Positions 9,752 to 18,088 of a stretch of 64,000 bases of DNA are shown here, in pieces (position 1 is the stretch's first letter; each line of letters opens with the position of its first letter). The stretch is from Candidatus Falkowbacteria bacterium (lineage in GTDB: Bacteria; Patescibacteriota; Patescibacteriia; UBA11705; JABHMO01). The stretch lies in NCBI GenBank assembly GCA_018693855.1, contig JABHMO010000043.1:72154-136153 (forward strand). Direction: 5' to 3'. The position numbers and the translations under genes were made by a program. Under the pieces are notes generated by a model, which saw only the letters and a list, made by a program, of their open reading frames with translations, searched no databases and was not told the origin of the DNA.

Positions 9752-10918
9752 TTACGGTGCCATTTTTCGAAGTTTTTCAATAACAACTGAAAGAGCTTTT
9801 ATAAAAACAGCCACTTCGACTTCGCTATTAAATTTACTTAAAGAAATTCGGATACTTCCATGTGACCATTCAGGTTTTCGCCCCATTGCTGATAAAACGT
9901 GAGACGGTTCAAGTGAACCAGAAGAGCAAGCTGAGCCAGTTGAAATAGCAATGCCTTCCATATCTAGCATCATTAAAATACTTTCGCCTTCAGCTTTTAG
10001 AAAACTGACATTCAAAATATTTGGTAATGAAGTACTTAAATCACAGTTTATTTTAATATTATCTATTTTACTAATTTCTTTAACTAATTTATCTCTTACC
10101 TTTTTTACCTTTTTGAAATTTGCTTTACCTTCACTTGAAATAAGTTCAATCGCTTTTGCTAAACCAACTATCCCAGGAACGTTAGCTGTCCCAGGTCGAA
10201 CACCAAACTCTTGATGTCCACCAAACTGTACGGGTGAAAATTTGACACCTTTTTTAATAAACATTGCACCAATACCTTTTGGTCCGTTTATTTTATGGCC
10301 TGACATTGTTAAAAAATCACAGTTAAGTTCAGAGACGTCACAATCAAGATAGTTCACAGCTTGTACGGCGTCTGTATGGAAATATAGAGGTAATTTTTTG
10401 TCTCTTTTTTCATTCTCTGTTTTAATTAGTTCCCCAATTTCTTTAATTGGTTGAACAGAACCAACTTCATTGTTAGCATACATAACAGAGACTAAAACTG
10501 TATTTGATTTTATCAATTTTTGTAATTTACCAACTAGAACAACCCCATTTTCATCAACTGGAACATAATCAATTTTCACTCCCCTTTTCTTCATCTCTCG
10601 ACAAGTTTCAAGTACAGAAGGATGTTCAATTGCTGAACAAATAATATGTATATTCTCTTTGAATTTGTTTACAACTCCCTGAATCGCAATATTATTCCCT
10701 TCAGTTGCTCCCGCAGTAAAAATAATTTCTTGATTTTCACAATTGAAAAACTTAGCCACAGTTTCCCGTGCTTTTTCAACTGCATCAAGAGCAATCTGCC
10801 CTTGCGAGTGAACGGCATGAGGATTTGCAAAATGTTCCGTATAAAACGGAATCATCTCTGCAATCACCCTATCATCAACCTTAGTTGTAGCTGCATTGTC
10901 GTAGTATATATTCTTCAT
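9752..10918 (-). CDS. iscS: Cysteine desulfurase (class V aminotransferase, NifS/IscS-like)
   Basis: It has the PLP-lysine region SGHKINGPKGIGA and a C-terminal active-site-Cys loop (…STGSACSSG…). It lies in an operon with iscU and nfu. Confidence 0.85.
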   Translation of the reverse strand: MKNIYYDNAATTKVDDRVIAEMIPFYTEHFANPHAVHSQGQIALDAVEKARETVAKFFNCENQEIIFTAGATEGNNIAIQGVVNKFKENIHIICSAIEHPSVLETCREMKKRGVKIDYVPVDENGVVLVGKLQKLIKSNTVLVSVMYANNEVGSVQPIKEIGELIKTENEKRDKKLPLYFHTDAVQAVNYLDCDVSELNCDFLTMSGHKINGPKGIGAMFIKKGVKFSPVQFGGHQEFGVRPGTANVPGIVGLAKAIELISSEGKANFKKVKKVRDKLVKEISKIDNIKINCDLSTSLPNILNVSFLKAEGESILMMLDMEGIAISTGSACSSGSLEPSHVLSAMGRKPEWSHGSIRISLSKFNSEVEVAVFIKALSVVIEKLRKMAP

Positions 10919-10925
10919 AAAGAAA

Positions 10926-11088
10926 CGATGCTAATTTGCGAATTATGCGAATGCTGCGAACGCTTCGCCATGCTAATTTGCGAATTACGCGAATAGTTAA
11001 TATTCGTATCATTAGAGTAATTCGCAAATTAGCATCCCAGTACATTTTCGCATCATTCGCATAACATTCGCGGATTTGCATCGGTTTA
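10926..11088. repeat. Copy 1 of a roughly 160-bp imperfect palindromic intergenic element (MITE/REP-like)
   Basis: It contains GCTAATTTGCGAATTA(C/T)GCGAATA…TATTCGTA…TAATTCGCAAATTAGC. It fills the nfu-iscS spacer exactly and is near-identical to the copies at about 35929-36080, 36417-36535 and 46128-46292. Confidence 0.8.
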
Positions 11089-11313
11089 TATTTTTTCAAC
11101 ACCACTCACCTCTGGTATTTGTTTTTTAAGATAAGTTTCTATTCCTTGGTGAAGAGTAATTTCTGCCATGGGACAACCGTGGCATGCACCGGTTAATTTT
11201 ACCTTTACAATCCCCTCCTCCGTTACTTCAACAAATTCAACGTCTCCCCCATCTGCTTGTAGTGAAGGTCGAATTTCGTTTAGAACTTCTTGTATTTTCT
11301 TTTCGTCTATCAT
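11086..11313 (-). CDS. NifU-like C-terminal domain protein (Nfu-type Fe-S cluster carrier)
   Basis: It encodes 75 aa with a CxxC motif (GACHGCPMAEITL) characteristic of the Nfu/NifU C-terminal domain. Confidence 0.7.
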   Translation of the reverse strand: MIDEKKIQEVLNEIRPSLQADGGDVEFVEVTEEGIVKVKLTGACHGCPMAEITLHQGIETYLKKQIPEVSGVEKI

Positions 11314-11320
11314 AATTATA

Positions 11321-11362
11321 GTGAATCGAAGTAAATCGCAGTAAAGCGAAGTAAATCGAAGC
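11321..11362. repeat. Tandem array of 10-bp units (GTAAATCGAA-like) filling the iscU-nfu spacer
   Basis: The units are gtgaatcgaa, gtaaatcgca, gtaaagcgaa and gtaaatcgaa. The same unit family occurs at 40051-40110, 41891-41930 and 60821-60869. Confidence 0.75.
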
Positions 11363-11366
11363 TAGA

Positions 11367-11747
11367 TTATTTTTCTTTATTTTTATAATTAGTTATAGCG
11401 CTCTGTAATCCTTCTTCCGCTAGGATTGAACAGTGATATTTTACAGCGGGCACATCACCTCCTAAATGAGCGACTACATCGTCCTTTGTAATTGCTAACG
11501 CTTGATCAAAGGTTTTCCCTTTTGCAAGTTCAGTCAAAGCAGAGGAAGCTGCGATCGCAGCAGCACATCCAAGTGTTTCAAATTTAACATCTTTAATAAC
11601 TTCCTTATCTTTATCAACTTTAATATATATTTTCATGATGTCTCCACATTTAATATTTCCAACCTCACCAACTGCGTCAGCATCTTTAATAACACCTTGA
11701 TTTCGAGGTTTCTTAAAATGATCGAGTAATGTTTCACTATATTTCAT
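11367..11747 (-). CDS. iscU: Fe-S cluster assembly scaffold, IscU/NifU N-terminal domain
   Basis: It encodes 126 aa with three conserved Cys (…GNIKCGD…, LGCAAA…, …HCSILA…). Confidence 0.85.
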   Translation of the reverse strand: MKYSETLLDHFKKPRNQGVIKDADAVGEVGNIKCGDIMKIYIKVDKDKEVIKDVKFETLGCAAAIAASSALTELAKGKTFDQALAITKDDVVAHLGGDVPAVKYHCSILAEEGLQSAITNYKNKEK

Positions 11748-11829
11748 ATATGTTATGTTAAGAAATTTAATTTAAATTTAGATTCTCACTTTAATCTTTC
11801 AACTTTTTACTTTAATCTTTTCCCTATAT

Positions 11830-12213
11830 TTATAATGAGTTTAATGTTTTATTTTTTAGAACTTTTTCCAATGATTTATAGATTTCTACCCAGATACGAT
11901 GGACAGAGCAACCACCAGGTTTACAAACAGCTCCGTCAGCACATTTATACGGTTTAACATCACCTTCCAAAACGATGATAACATCAAAAAGTTTAATTTG
12001 TCCGGCTGGTTTAGCTAAATAGTATCCGCCCTTTTTACCAAGATCAGCTTTTACGATTTTGGCTTTTTTTAATGAGGCAAACATTCTTTCTAGATAAGCT
12101 AATGAAATCTTTTCTTCTTTTGCGACAGACGCCAAAGAAACCGCTTTTTTACCGGTTTTATCTAGCTGACTCAGGGCTCGCAAGCCATACTCTGTTCTAG
12201 TTGAAAATTTCAT
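11830..12213 (-). CDS. iscR: Rrf2-family transcriptional regulator (IscR-like)
   Basis: It has an N-terminal wHTH (RTEYGLRAL) and a Cys cluster (KCADGAVCKPGGCSVH), and is the first gene of the isc-like operon. Confidence 0.8.
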   Translation of the reverse strand: MKFSTRTEYGLRALSQLDKTGKKAVSLASVAKEEKISLAYLERMFASLKKAKIVKADLGKKGGYYLAKPAGQIKLFDVIIVLEGDVKPYKCADGAVCKPGGCSVHRIWVEIYKSLEKVLKNKTLNSL

Positions 12214-12242
12214 AATGCCGACTTAATTAGTAGGTTAAAGAC

Positions 12243-12271
12243 ATCATAACAATTTTGTAAAAAATTGTCAA
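12243..12271 (-). promoter_or_regulatory. Sigma70-type promoter for iscR (TTGACA-17-TATGAT on the minus strand)
   Basis: On the plus strand the -35 box is tgtcaa at 12266-12271 and the -10 box is atcata at 12243-12248, with a 17-nt spacer. It lies about 30 nt upstream of the iscR start. Confidence 0.55.
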
Positions 12272-12322
12272 TAATAAAAACAGCGCTGTTATTTACAGCC
12301 CTGTTACTTTTTATAAAAGTGA

Positions 12323-12745
12323 CTAGGTGCTTGGCATCATCACAGAGCACCAATCTTTTGAATCAACCGGTCGCTGCAATACGTCAAACCTATGTAGAGT
12401 ACCTTTTCCCGTCCTTGCATCATAGAATCCATTAAGAATCATCACTTTCAGGCTTAAACCGTCTTCACTCAGTATTTGTGGAGTAACACAGACGATTTGC
12501 AAGTCCCGTATTCTCACCAAGGATGACCACCTTGAACATCCAAGTATAAACAATTCAACCCTTTTTGATGTTTTATTCATTTTGTCTGATTCCACAATTC
12601 TAAAAATTTTGGACCTCCTACGAGTCAATGCTCGAAAAAAAGATCGTCCACGAGGCCCCTTACCTACTATCTCAAAAGGATCGAACGGAAAGTCAAAAAT
12701 ACAAGATGCTTTTTTTATAGGCAATTCAAGCTGGTTCCAAGTCAT
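12323..12745 (-). CDS. Hypothetical protein (140 aa); could alternatively be a non-coding or pseudogenic segment
   Basis: It has an AAGGAG Shine-Dalgarno 7 nt before the ATG, which is atypical for this genome. Local GC is elevated and there is no recognisable domain. An overlapping plus-strand ORF at 12582-12833 has equally atypical composition. A minus-strand promoter lies at about 12850 and a terminator at about 12285. Confidence 0.25.
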   Translation of the reverse strand: MTWNQLELPIKKASCIFDFPFDPFEIVGKGPRGRSFFRALTRRRSKIFRIVESDKMNKTSKRVELFILGCSRWSSLVRIRDLQIVCVTPQILSEDGLSLKVMILNGFYDARTGKGTLHRFDVLQRPVDSKDWCSVMMPST

Positions 12746-12893
12746 AACAATCTCCTTTAATCTAACTGATGTTGTTTATGCTACAACATGGATTATCTTT
12801 TTAGACCGAATATATAAGGTTACACAAAAATAACAAATTTGTCAATATACAAAAAAATCGCCTAACATGACGATTCATTTGTAATTATTTAAG

Positions 12894-13730
12894 TTATTTC
12901 TTGATAATCAAAATCCTCGCTTCACCACGCAGAATACTCATTGCTTTTTGCTCATCTGTCATATCAGCTTCGTAAAGTCGGATTGGTTCATCATTCTCAT
13001 CTTCTGGTAGATCATGGATTGCGTTTAGAACTGTTTTGAATTTGAATTTATAGCCTCTCCCACTCATAATACCAACGTCATTTGTAATAAACTGATCACC
13101 ATCATAGCCTCTTATTAAAATATAGTGATAGATTGGACCGAGGTTACTATAGTATGGATTTCCGAGTAGACGACCAGCTGTTGGTACAATTACAAGATTA
13201 CCATCAGCTAACTGATTTTTTATATTATCTAAACTGATGTCGTCAGTAATCTCAGTATTTAAGTTATAATACTCTCGCGCAATCTGATCCACTTCCGCGA
13301 GTGAAGTATCAGTATATGAACCGAATTTATCCATCTGCCAATCAACAACTGATTTGATTTCCTCATCCATCTGATCAGCTGTAATCGTTTGATTATTAAA
13401 GTAACGATGAGCTAAAATCAAAACTGCCTCTTCACATGCTTCCTGATATGGCATCCCCCAATTTCGATGTGGAGCTTGCGATTGGAATGGAACATCTAAA
13501 TCAATCATTGCTGCTGATAAATTTTCTTCTAAAACAGGATCCTCAACTTGATCAGCAGGTTCAACGTCTTCATCGTTACTAATTTCCACTGCGTCATTTT
13601 CATCTTGAAGTTCAGTTTCCTCAATTTTGGGGTCATTAGTACCACTTTCTTCCACAACAAAGTTCTCTGACTCATTAGTACAGGCAGTCAGAGAAAAAAC
13701 TAGTAAAATTAGTATAAATAGTTGCTTCAT
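12894..13730 (-). CDS. Lipoprotein with a C39-like (papain-fold) cysteine peptidase domain
   Basis: It has a signal peptide with a lipobox (LTAC) and an acidic low-complexity linker. The C-terminal domain has a Q…C (QEAC) and His (GPIYHY) arrangement resembling the Peptidase_C39-like family. Confidence 0.45.
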   Translation of the reverse strand: MKQLFILILLVFSLTACTNESENFVVEESGTNDPKIEETELQDENDAVEISNDEDVEPADQVEDPVLEENLSAAMIDLDVPFQSQAPHRNWGMPYQEACEEAVLILAHRYFNNQTITADQMDEEIKSVVDWQMDKFGSYTDTSLAEVDQIAREYYNLNTEITDDISLDNIKNQLADGNLVIVPTAGRLLGNPYYSNLGPIYHYILIRGYDGDQFITNDVGIMSGRGYKFKFKTVLNAIHDLPEDENDEPIRLYEADMTDEQKAMSILRGEARILIIKK

Positions 13731-13770
13731 AGTTACATTTTACTACAGATCGATAAATAACACAATCAGC

Positions 13771-13799
13771 TTGACATCTTCATTGAAATAATGTAGAAT
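13771..13799 (+). promoter_or_regulatory. Sigma70-type promoter for rpmA (TTGACA-17-TAGAAT)
   Basis: TTGACA sits at 13771-13776, a 17-nt spacer follows, and TAGAAT sits at 13794-13799. Confidence 0.6.
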
Positions 13800-13886
13800 G
13801 TTGATACACGTAAATATAAATTGGTTAAACGACTTAGCAGACCTCTTATTGGTCTTCTATAGCCCTCTTTAGCCTTCTTAATAAGT

Positions 13887-14171
13887 ATGGCACATAAAAA
13901 GGCAGGTGGAAGTACTAGTAATGGACGAGATTCCAATGCTCAACGGCTTGGTGTAAAAAGATACGGTGGACAAACTGTTGTATCTGGTAATATCTTGGTC
14001 CGACAACGAGGTACAAAATTTCACCCAGGTGAAAATGTAATGAAAGGTAAAGATGACACCCTTTTTGCAACTATCAACGGAATCGTTGAATTCACACATA
14101 AAAAAGTCAAAAAGTTCACTGGTAGATTAACCAAAAGAACTTTCATCAATATCGTTCCAGAAAAAAAATAA
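13887..14171 (+). CDS. rpmA: 50S ribosomal protein L27
   Basis: The protein begins [28 protein letters not shown]…[11 protein letters not shown], a clear L27 signature. Confidence 0.95.
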   Translation: MAHKKAGGSTSNGRDSNAQRLGVKRYGGQTVVSGNILVRQRGTKFHPGENVMKGKDDTLFATINGIVEFTHKKVKKFTGRLTKRTFINIVPEKK

Positions 14172-14183
14172 CTTCTTAAAAAA

Positions 14184-14212
14184 CTCAGCCGTAGGGCTGG
14201 GTTTTTTGTTTG
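14184..14212 (+). terminator. Intrinsic terminator after rpmA
   Basis: The hairpin CAGCCgtagGGCTG is followed by GGTTTTTTG. Confidence 0.65.
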
Positions 14213-14222
14213 ATGAATTTCA

Positions 14223-14876
14223 TTATGGCAGTTTATCAATCATATTTGTAAATTCTGAATTAAGGGATGACCAAGGATAATTCTGCCAACTTTCAGCAAT
14301 GCCGTGTTTAGAAGGGTTTCTATGGATGTAATTAAGTTTGTTCATTAAATCAGATTTATTCCTTGCATATCTATCATGAAAAGATTTATGCCATTTGAAT
14401 TTAGGATATTCCATCAAAGAATGCTTATTTATAAAATCATTTTTAAGTCTAGATAGTCTATTCCATCTATTCATTTGTTTTTCATATTGATTAATTAAAG
14501 AAATATCAATAGAATCTTTATTATCCCGAGAATGAGAATCTTTATTATCCTGAGAATGCGAGTCTTTATTATCCCGAGAATGCGGATTCTCGGGTACTGA
14601 AAGTTGATTATGGGAGAGGATTCTATTGATATTTTGGGAAGAATTCTTTTTTATTGATTTCATGATATTTGAAATGGATTCATCATTTGATCTAATGAGC
14701 ATATGAAAATGTTCTAAATTTATAATAAATGCAAAAAGATCAAAGCCATAATAATCCTTTGATTCTTTTATCTCATCAATTAAGCATCTGCTTAAAATAG
14801 GATTCTCAAAATATTCAATATTTCGAAACGTGTTTGTCGTCGTCAAATAATATTTCCCTTTATAAAAATTCCTCAT
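14223..14876 (-). CDS. REP-associated tyrosine transposase (RAYT) / IS200-like Y1 transposase
   Basis: It has a HuH motif (LEHFHML), and a C-terminal region typical of the IS200/Transposase_17 fold (…DRYARNKSDLMNKLNYIHRNPSKHG…). REP-like palindromes sit at its 5' end and inside the ORF. The start is placed at ATG 14874-14876; the ORF-track GTG start lies within the palindrome. Confidence 0.65.
   Translation of the reverse strand: MRNFYKGKYYLTTTNTFRNIEYFENPILSRCLIDEIKESKDYYGFDLFAFIINLEHFHMLIRSNDESISNIMKSIKKNSSQNINRILSHNQLSVPENPHSRDNKDSHSQDNKDSHSRDNKDSIDISLINQYEKQMNRWNRLSRLKNDFINKHSLMEYPKFKWHKSFHDRYARNKSDLMNKLNYIHRNPSKHGIAESWQNYPWSSLNSEFTNMIDKLP
14523..14594. repeat. Three tandem 24-bp units derived from the REP palindrome, lying inside the RAYT coding sequence
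   Basis: The units are atcccgagaatgagaatctttatt, atcctgagaatgcgagtctttatt and atcccgagaatgcggattctcggg. They encode the repeat HSRDNKDS/HSQDNKDS. Confidence 0.8.
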
Positions 14877-14893
14877 ATCTTTATTAATCAGTA

Positions 14894-14915
14894 CCCGAGA
14901 ATCCGCATTCTCGGG
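14894..14915. repeat. REP-like palindrome CCCGAGAATCCGCATTCTCGGG at the 5' end of the RAYT gene
   Basis: It is a perfect 9-bp-arm palindrome of the same family as the hairpins at 1061-1080, 4293-4316 and 14573-14594. Confidence 0.8.
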
Positions 14916-14949
14916 CACTGATTTGATTTTAATTATTATTAATTATAAC

Positions 14950-14979
14950 TAGGGACAACTTTGTCGTTGTCCCTAAATT
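14950..14979 (-). terminator. Hairpin terminator downstream of the 706-aa secreted protein gene
   Basis: It has perfect 10-bp arms, TAGGGACAAC/GTTGTCCCTA, followed by an AT-rich tract. Confidence 0.45.
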
Positions 14980-14997
14980 TTTGAATAAATTGTGTCA

Positions 14998-17118
14998 TTA
15001 CCAACACTGAATGCCTGGGAACCAAATCTCCCCTTCTCCATTCCCGCCGGCACGGCGATCGAATGGCAAGTTGCACTCAATCGTTGCAACCGTATGGTCA
15101 TAGCATGACCATAATGACGGGTACAGACAAGCACAGTTGAAATCAATCCATGGCTGACCTCGCAAACAGATATCACGAAGCGGGCTGTTGACGGTCACGC
15201 TCGGTGAGCCTATGGCTTCGCCAAAACTGGCGTACCAAGCATATGCCTGCATATCTGCCGGGCAAGTGAACGTGCACGTAACAAGGTCGTCCATACTTGG
15301 ACAATTATCTTGTTCTTCTGGCGAATCAGGCTCCATTTCAGCTTCAGGCTCATCCTCGATCTGATCTTGATCAGGTTGTTGAGGTGTATTACAAACACCA
15401 TTCAGACAACCAAACTGACAAGGAATGATTTCGCGATGGCAATAGCCTTCGTATAGACAGTATCCTGAAAACGAGACCTGATTATTACCATCACAACTGT
15501 CAAACGCATAGCAATCTTGCTCGGTTCGACAGCTAAGACAATGAGATACACCCTGACAAGGATCTTGTTCAGGTTCGATCTCGTCTTCAAGCTCTTCTGG
15601 TTCAGGTTCTGGCTCCACCAAATCCTGATCAGTGAACGTTTCCTGATAATAACACCCTGCCAAACCAAGACAGGTCGCGCCGTCAGGACAAAGTTTCCCT
15701 TCATCCGTAAACGAGTTACAGTTATCATCAAGCCCATTACATGACTCTGTTGCACCGGGATGCATGAGAGGATCTGCGTCATCGCAGTCCCCTTTGTTCA
15801 CAGTATACCCATCATTATCCATATCCATCTCGTTCTCATCATAGCTACCGCCAGTGATGTAGTACGAGTTCAGGCAACGATGAGCCATCTCCATTGTGAT
15901 ATCAGGGTCAAACAGCCGAAAACTGCCTTCTAGCTCGTTCTGATTAGCATGATAGAGGTATTTATCAGCATACCCCATCTCGTTGTATGCTTGCTCAGTT
16001 GAGAATGCCCGCAATCGGCCATTGCCAGAGGCAACGAAAACCACGCCGCGCCCAAATCCGGAAATCGGATAGTTGGGTTTAACAAGGGTGCCGTCACGCA
16101 CGTACAAGGTATCCATCAAGTCACATCGCCAGAAATACTGGTCTTCAGCTTGCTGATCCGTTAAAACTTGCAATCGTTCATCGATTGTCCAGCTTCGGTA
16201 AGCGAATTCTGAAGAGAACTCATACAGAGCGCAGTGACTTGAGTCGTGACTGGCTTTTTCATACAGAAGGATTGTGCCGTCTTCCACTTGGAAGAGTTCA
16301 CGAACTGGTTGCCAATCAACGATGAAACCATCATCGTAACAACTCAGTTCAAGGTCACTGACCTCAATCACCATGTCACGTGGAAAATCATGCGCTTCGA
16401 AAACCTGATCGCTATCGATCAGATTTTTCTTGCCATCAATGAGCACGTATACATCAGACTCGTTGACCGAGCTGATCAAAGCTCCATCTGGATGCCAAGT
16501 CACAACTTGCTCTTCAACGAAGAGTGAAGCACAGTTGGACGCTGTACGCCATGAATTGACGAATGTATCCAAATCGTAGCGATTGAACTGTCCAGCTGTT
16601 CGTCCTGGATCGTGAACAATCACTTCACTGTCGGTCATTCCGATGACGACCATGAAGTGTCCCAGTTTAGCTGTATTCATTTTGATATGAACAGCCACCA
16701 TGACGGGGTTGTCTTTTTCGATCTCCTGCCGGAGTTTATCGAGGTGACAGGCGTTACGTTTGATAACGAAGCCTGTTTGCCAATGATTTTCCAGCAATTT
16801 TTTGAGTTGCCCCATATTGGTTAGGTTGCCGTCATAGTGCTCAGCACCGTAACTTGTTTGCGGGACAATATAGTTGTTGTTATACAGCCAATCGATAGCT
16901 GTTTTCAGATGCTCGACCGTAGGTGAGAAATCTTGGAGATAACTCGCCATGATTAGAGCAGCGGTTGGTCCGCAATTGGAATTAAAACTCCAGTCGCCCG
17001 GAGGCGACTGGGGTAAAAATTGGACTTCGTCCAAGAGGATCTGATTGTTGTTCTCGGCCAAGACCGAACCGGTGATGGACACAAGAATCAGAATGACTAG
17101 AATAGCTACCTTTTTCAT
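14998..17118 (-). CDS. Secreted protein with an N-terminal C39-like cysteine peptidase domain and a C-terminal Cys-rich region of putative metal-binding repeats
   Basis: It has a signal peptide and a Cys/His peptidase arrangement (NSNCGPTAAL…, …GHFMVV…). The C terminus has repeated DCDD…NP…CNG.DDNC-type motifs and acidic PEPEPE linkers. GC content is markedly higher than the genome, and an AGGAG Shine-Dalgarno lies before the ATG. Confidence 0.5.
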   Translation of the reverse strand: MKKVAILVILILVSITGSVLAENNNQILLDEVQFLPQSPPGDWSFNSNCGPTAALIMASYLQDFSPTVEHLKTAIDWLYNNNYIVPQTSYGAEHYDGNLTNMGQLKKLLENHWQTGFVIKRNACHLDKLRQEIEKDNPVMVAVHIKMNTAKLGHFMVVIGMTDSEVIVHDPGRTAGQFNRYDLDTFVNSWRTASNCASLFVEEQVVTWHPDGALISSVNESDVYVLIDGKKNLIDSDQVFEAHDFPRDMVIEVSDLELSCYDDGFIVDWQPVRELFQVEDGTILLYEKASHDSSHCALYEFSSEFAYRSWTIDERLQVLTDQQAEDQYFWRCDLMDTLYVRDGTLVKPNYPISGFGRGVVFVASGNGRLRAFSTEQAYNEMGYADKYLYHANQNELEGSFRLFDPDITMEMAHRCLNSYYITGGSYDENEMDMDNDGYTVNKGDCDDADPLMHPGATESCNGLDDNCNSFTDEGKLCPDGATCLGLAGCYYQETFTDQDLVEPEPEPEELEDEIEPEQDPCQGVSHCLSCRTEQDCYAFDSCDGNNQVSFSGYCLYEGYCHREIIPCQFGCLNGVCNTPQQPDQDQIEDEPEAEMEPDSPEEQDNCPSMDDLVTCTFTCPADMQAYAWYASFGEAIGSPSVTVNSPLRDICLRGQPWIDFNCACLYPSLWSCYDHTVATIECNLPFDRRAGGNGEGEIWFPGIQCW

Positions 17119-17147
17119 GATTTTTCTCCTGTTTGCGTATTGCTAGT

Positions 17148-17777
17148 TTAGAACGAGAAGTTCTGGATGAAGTCTTTGAAAACTTCTTGAGCTTGACCTT
17201 CGTCAACTCCATTCACATGGAGAGCGATGTCGTAGACAAACTCGCCTGATCGGATGAAGTATCTCGGATCACCAAGATAGACGGCGTTGTGAGATGTCGC
17301 TTGGACAGTCTCATTATCGGTCAAAAAACTCAGGTCAACGGTTTCAAAGCCGGTCACGCTATCAGGATAGTACTTCGCGAAGAAGTCATCCCAGCCCTCT
17401 GAGCTTTGAGTTACGTTAACATTGATCAGAGCGTAGTAATTGGTATACTTCTGTGAATTGATCTCACTCTTGCCACTGACTTCGATATAGTAGTCGTCAG
17501 GGGCAGAGCCACCTAGGACAACTTCTTTGTCAGTGTTTTTTACTAGTAAAGAGTAGATCAGCTCATCATTCTCACCATGACGTTGTGCCAACTCGACGAA
17601 CCAGCCGTCTGGGTAGTTGAACTCAAAATCATTTGCAGTGTAAGCAATCCAATCACCGGCTGTAGTAGGCTCGTTGTCTTGCTTGCCTTCTTCGTACCGA
17701 GTACACCCGGAGATGAAGAGAGCTGTAGCGATCACAACGGCTACGATCAAAAAGTTACGAAATTGAAATTTACGCAT
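17148..17777 (-). CDS. Hypothetical lipoprotein
   Basis: Its signal peptide ends in a lipobox (FISGC). The gene is GC-rich and an AAGGAG Shine-Dalgarno lies 9 nt upstream. The start was moved to the internal ATG. Confidence 0.5.
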   Translation of the reverse strand: MRKFQFRNFLIVAVVIATALFISGCTRYEEGKQDNEPTTAGDWIAYTANDFEFNYPDGWFVELAQRHGENDELIYSLLVKNTDKEVVLGGSAPDDYYIEVSGKSEINSQKYTNYYALINVNVTQSSEGWDDFFAKYYPDSVTGFETVDLSFLTDNETVQATSHNAVYLGDPRYFIRSGEFVYDIALHVNGVDEGQAQEVFKDFIQNFSF

Positions 17778-18042
17778 ATCGATTTTCTCCTTTTCGAGGT
17801 TTGTTAGAATGGGTCCTCGTTTTACCCTTAACATACTAACGTTAGCATGCTAAAACTGATTGTCAATGGACAAGAAGGCCACAGCCTTCGTTTCCTATTT
17901 CGATTAAACCACACAAAGATTATTTTCCCCACGAAAATGTTATCCACACTCGTCAGAATATAAAAAACAGCGATTTTACTAAGGGAAAATCGCGTTTTTC
18001 TTGTCGAGGTAGGTCGTCAAGATTTTAGAGTTAAATTATTAC

Positions 18043-18080
18043 AAACAAAAAATCTCGAGTTTTTATCGAGATTTTTTATT
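18043..18080. terminator. Bidirectional hairpin terminator (AAAAATCTCGAG…TCGAGATTTTTT)
   Basis: An 11-bp stem is flanked by A- and T-runs, downstream of the minus-strand gene at 18089-18769. Confidence 0.55.
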
Positions 18081-18088
18081 CTATGAAA

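Noticed and set aside
10646-10996. The 116-aa ORF ending …MLICELCECCERFAMLICELRE, and similar small ORFs at 35773-36000 and 46203-46424.
   Set aside because: They are translations of the roughly 160-bp palindromic repeat element, so the conserved peptides are repeat-derived. They also overlap real genes (iscS, htrA).The repeat explains the conservation better than coding does.
12214-12893. I looked for tmRNA and RNase P RNA signature sequences (GGAAAGTCCGGGC, ACAGAACCCGGCTTA, a tRNA-like TTCGANTCC 3' end, an ANDxxYALAA tag).
   Set aside because: No convincing match was found by eye on either strand, so no RNA family call is made.
14523-14594. The tandem 24-bp repeats looked at first like a mini CRISPR array.
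   Set aside because: They have no unique spacers, are only three units long, lie in-frame inside the RAYT coding sequence, and derive from the REP palindrome. No cas genes are present.
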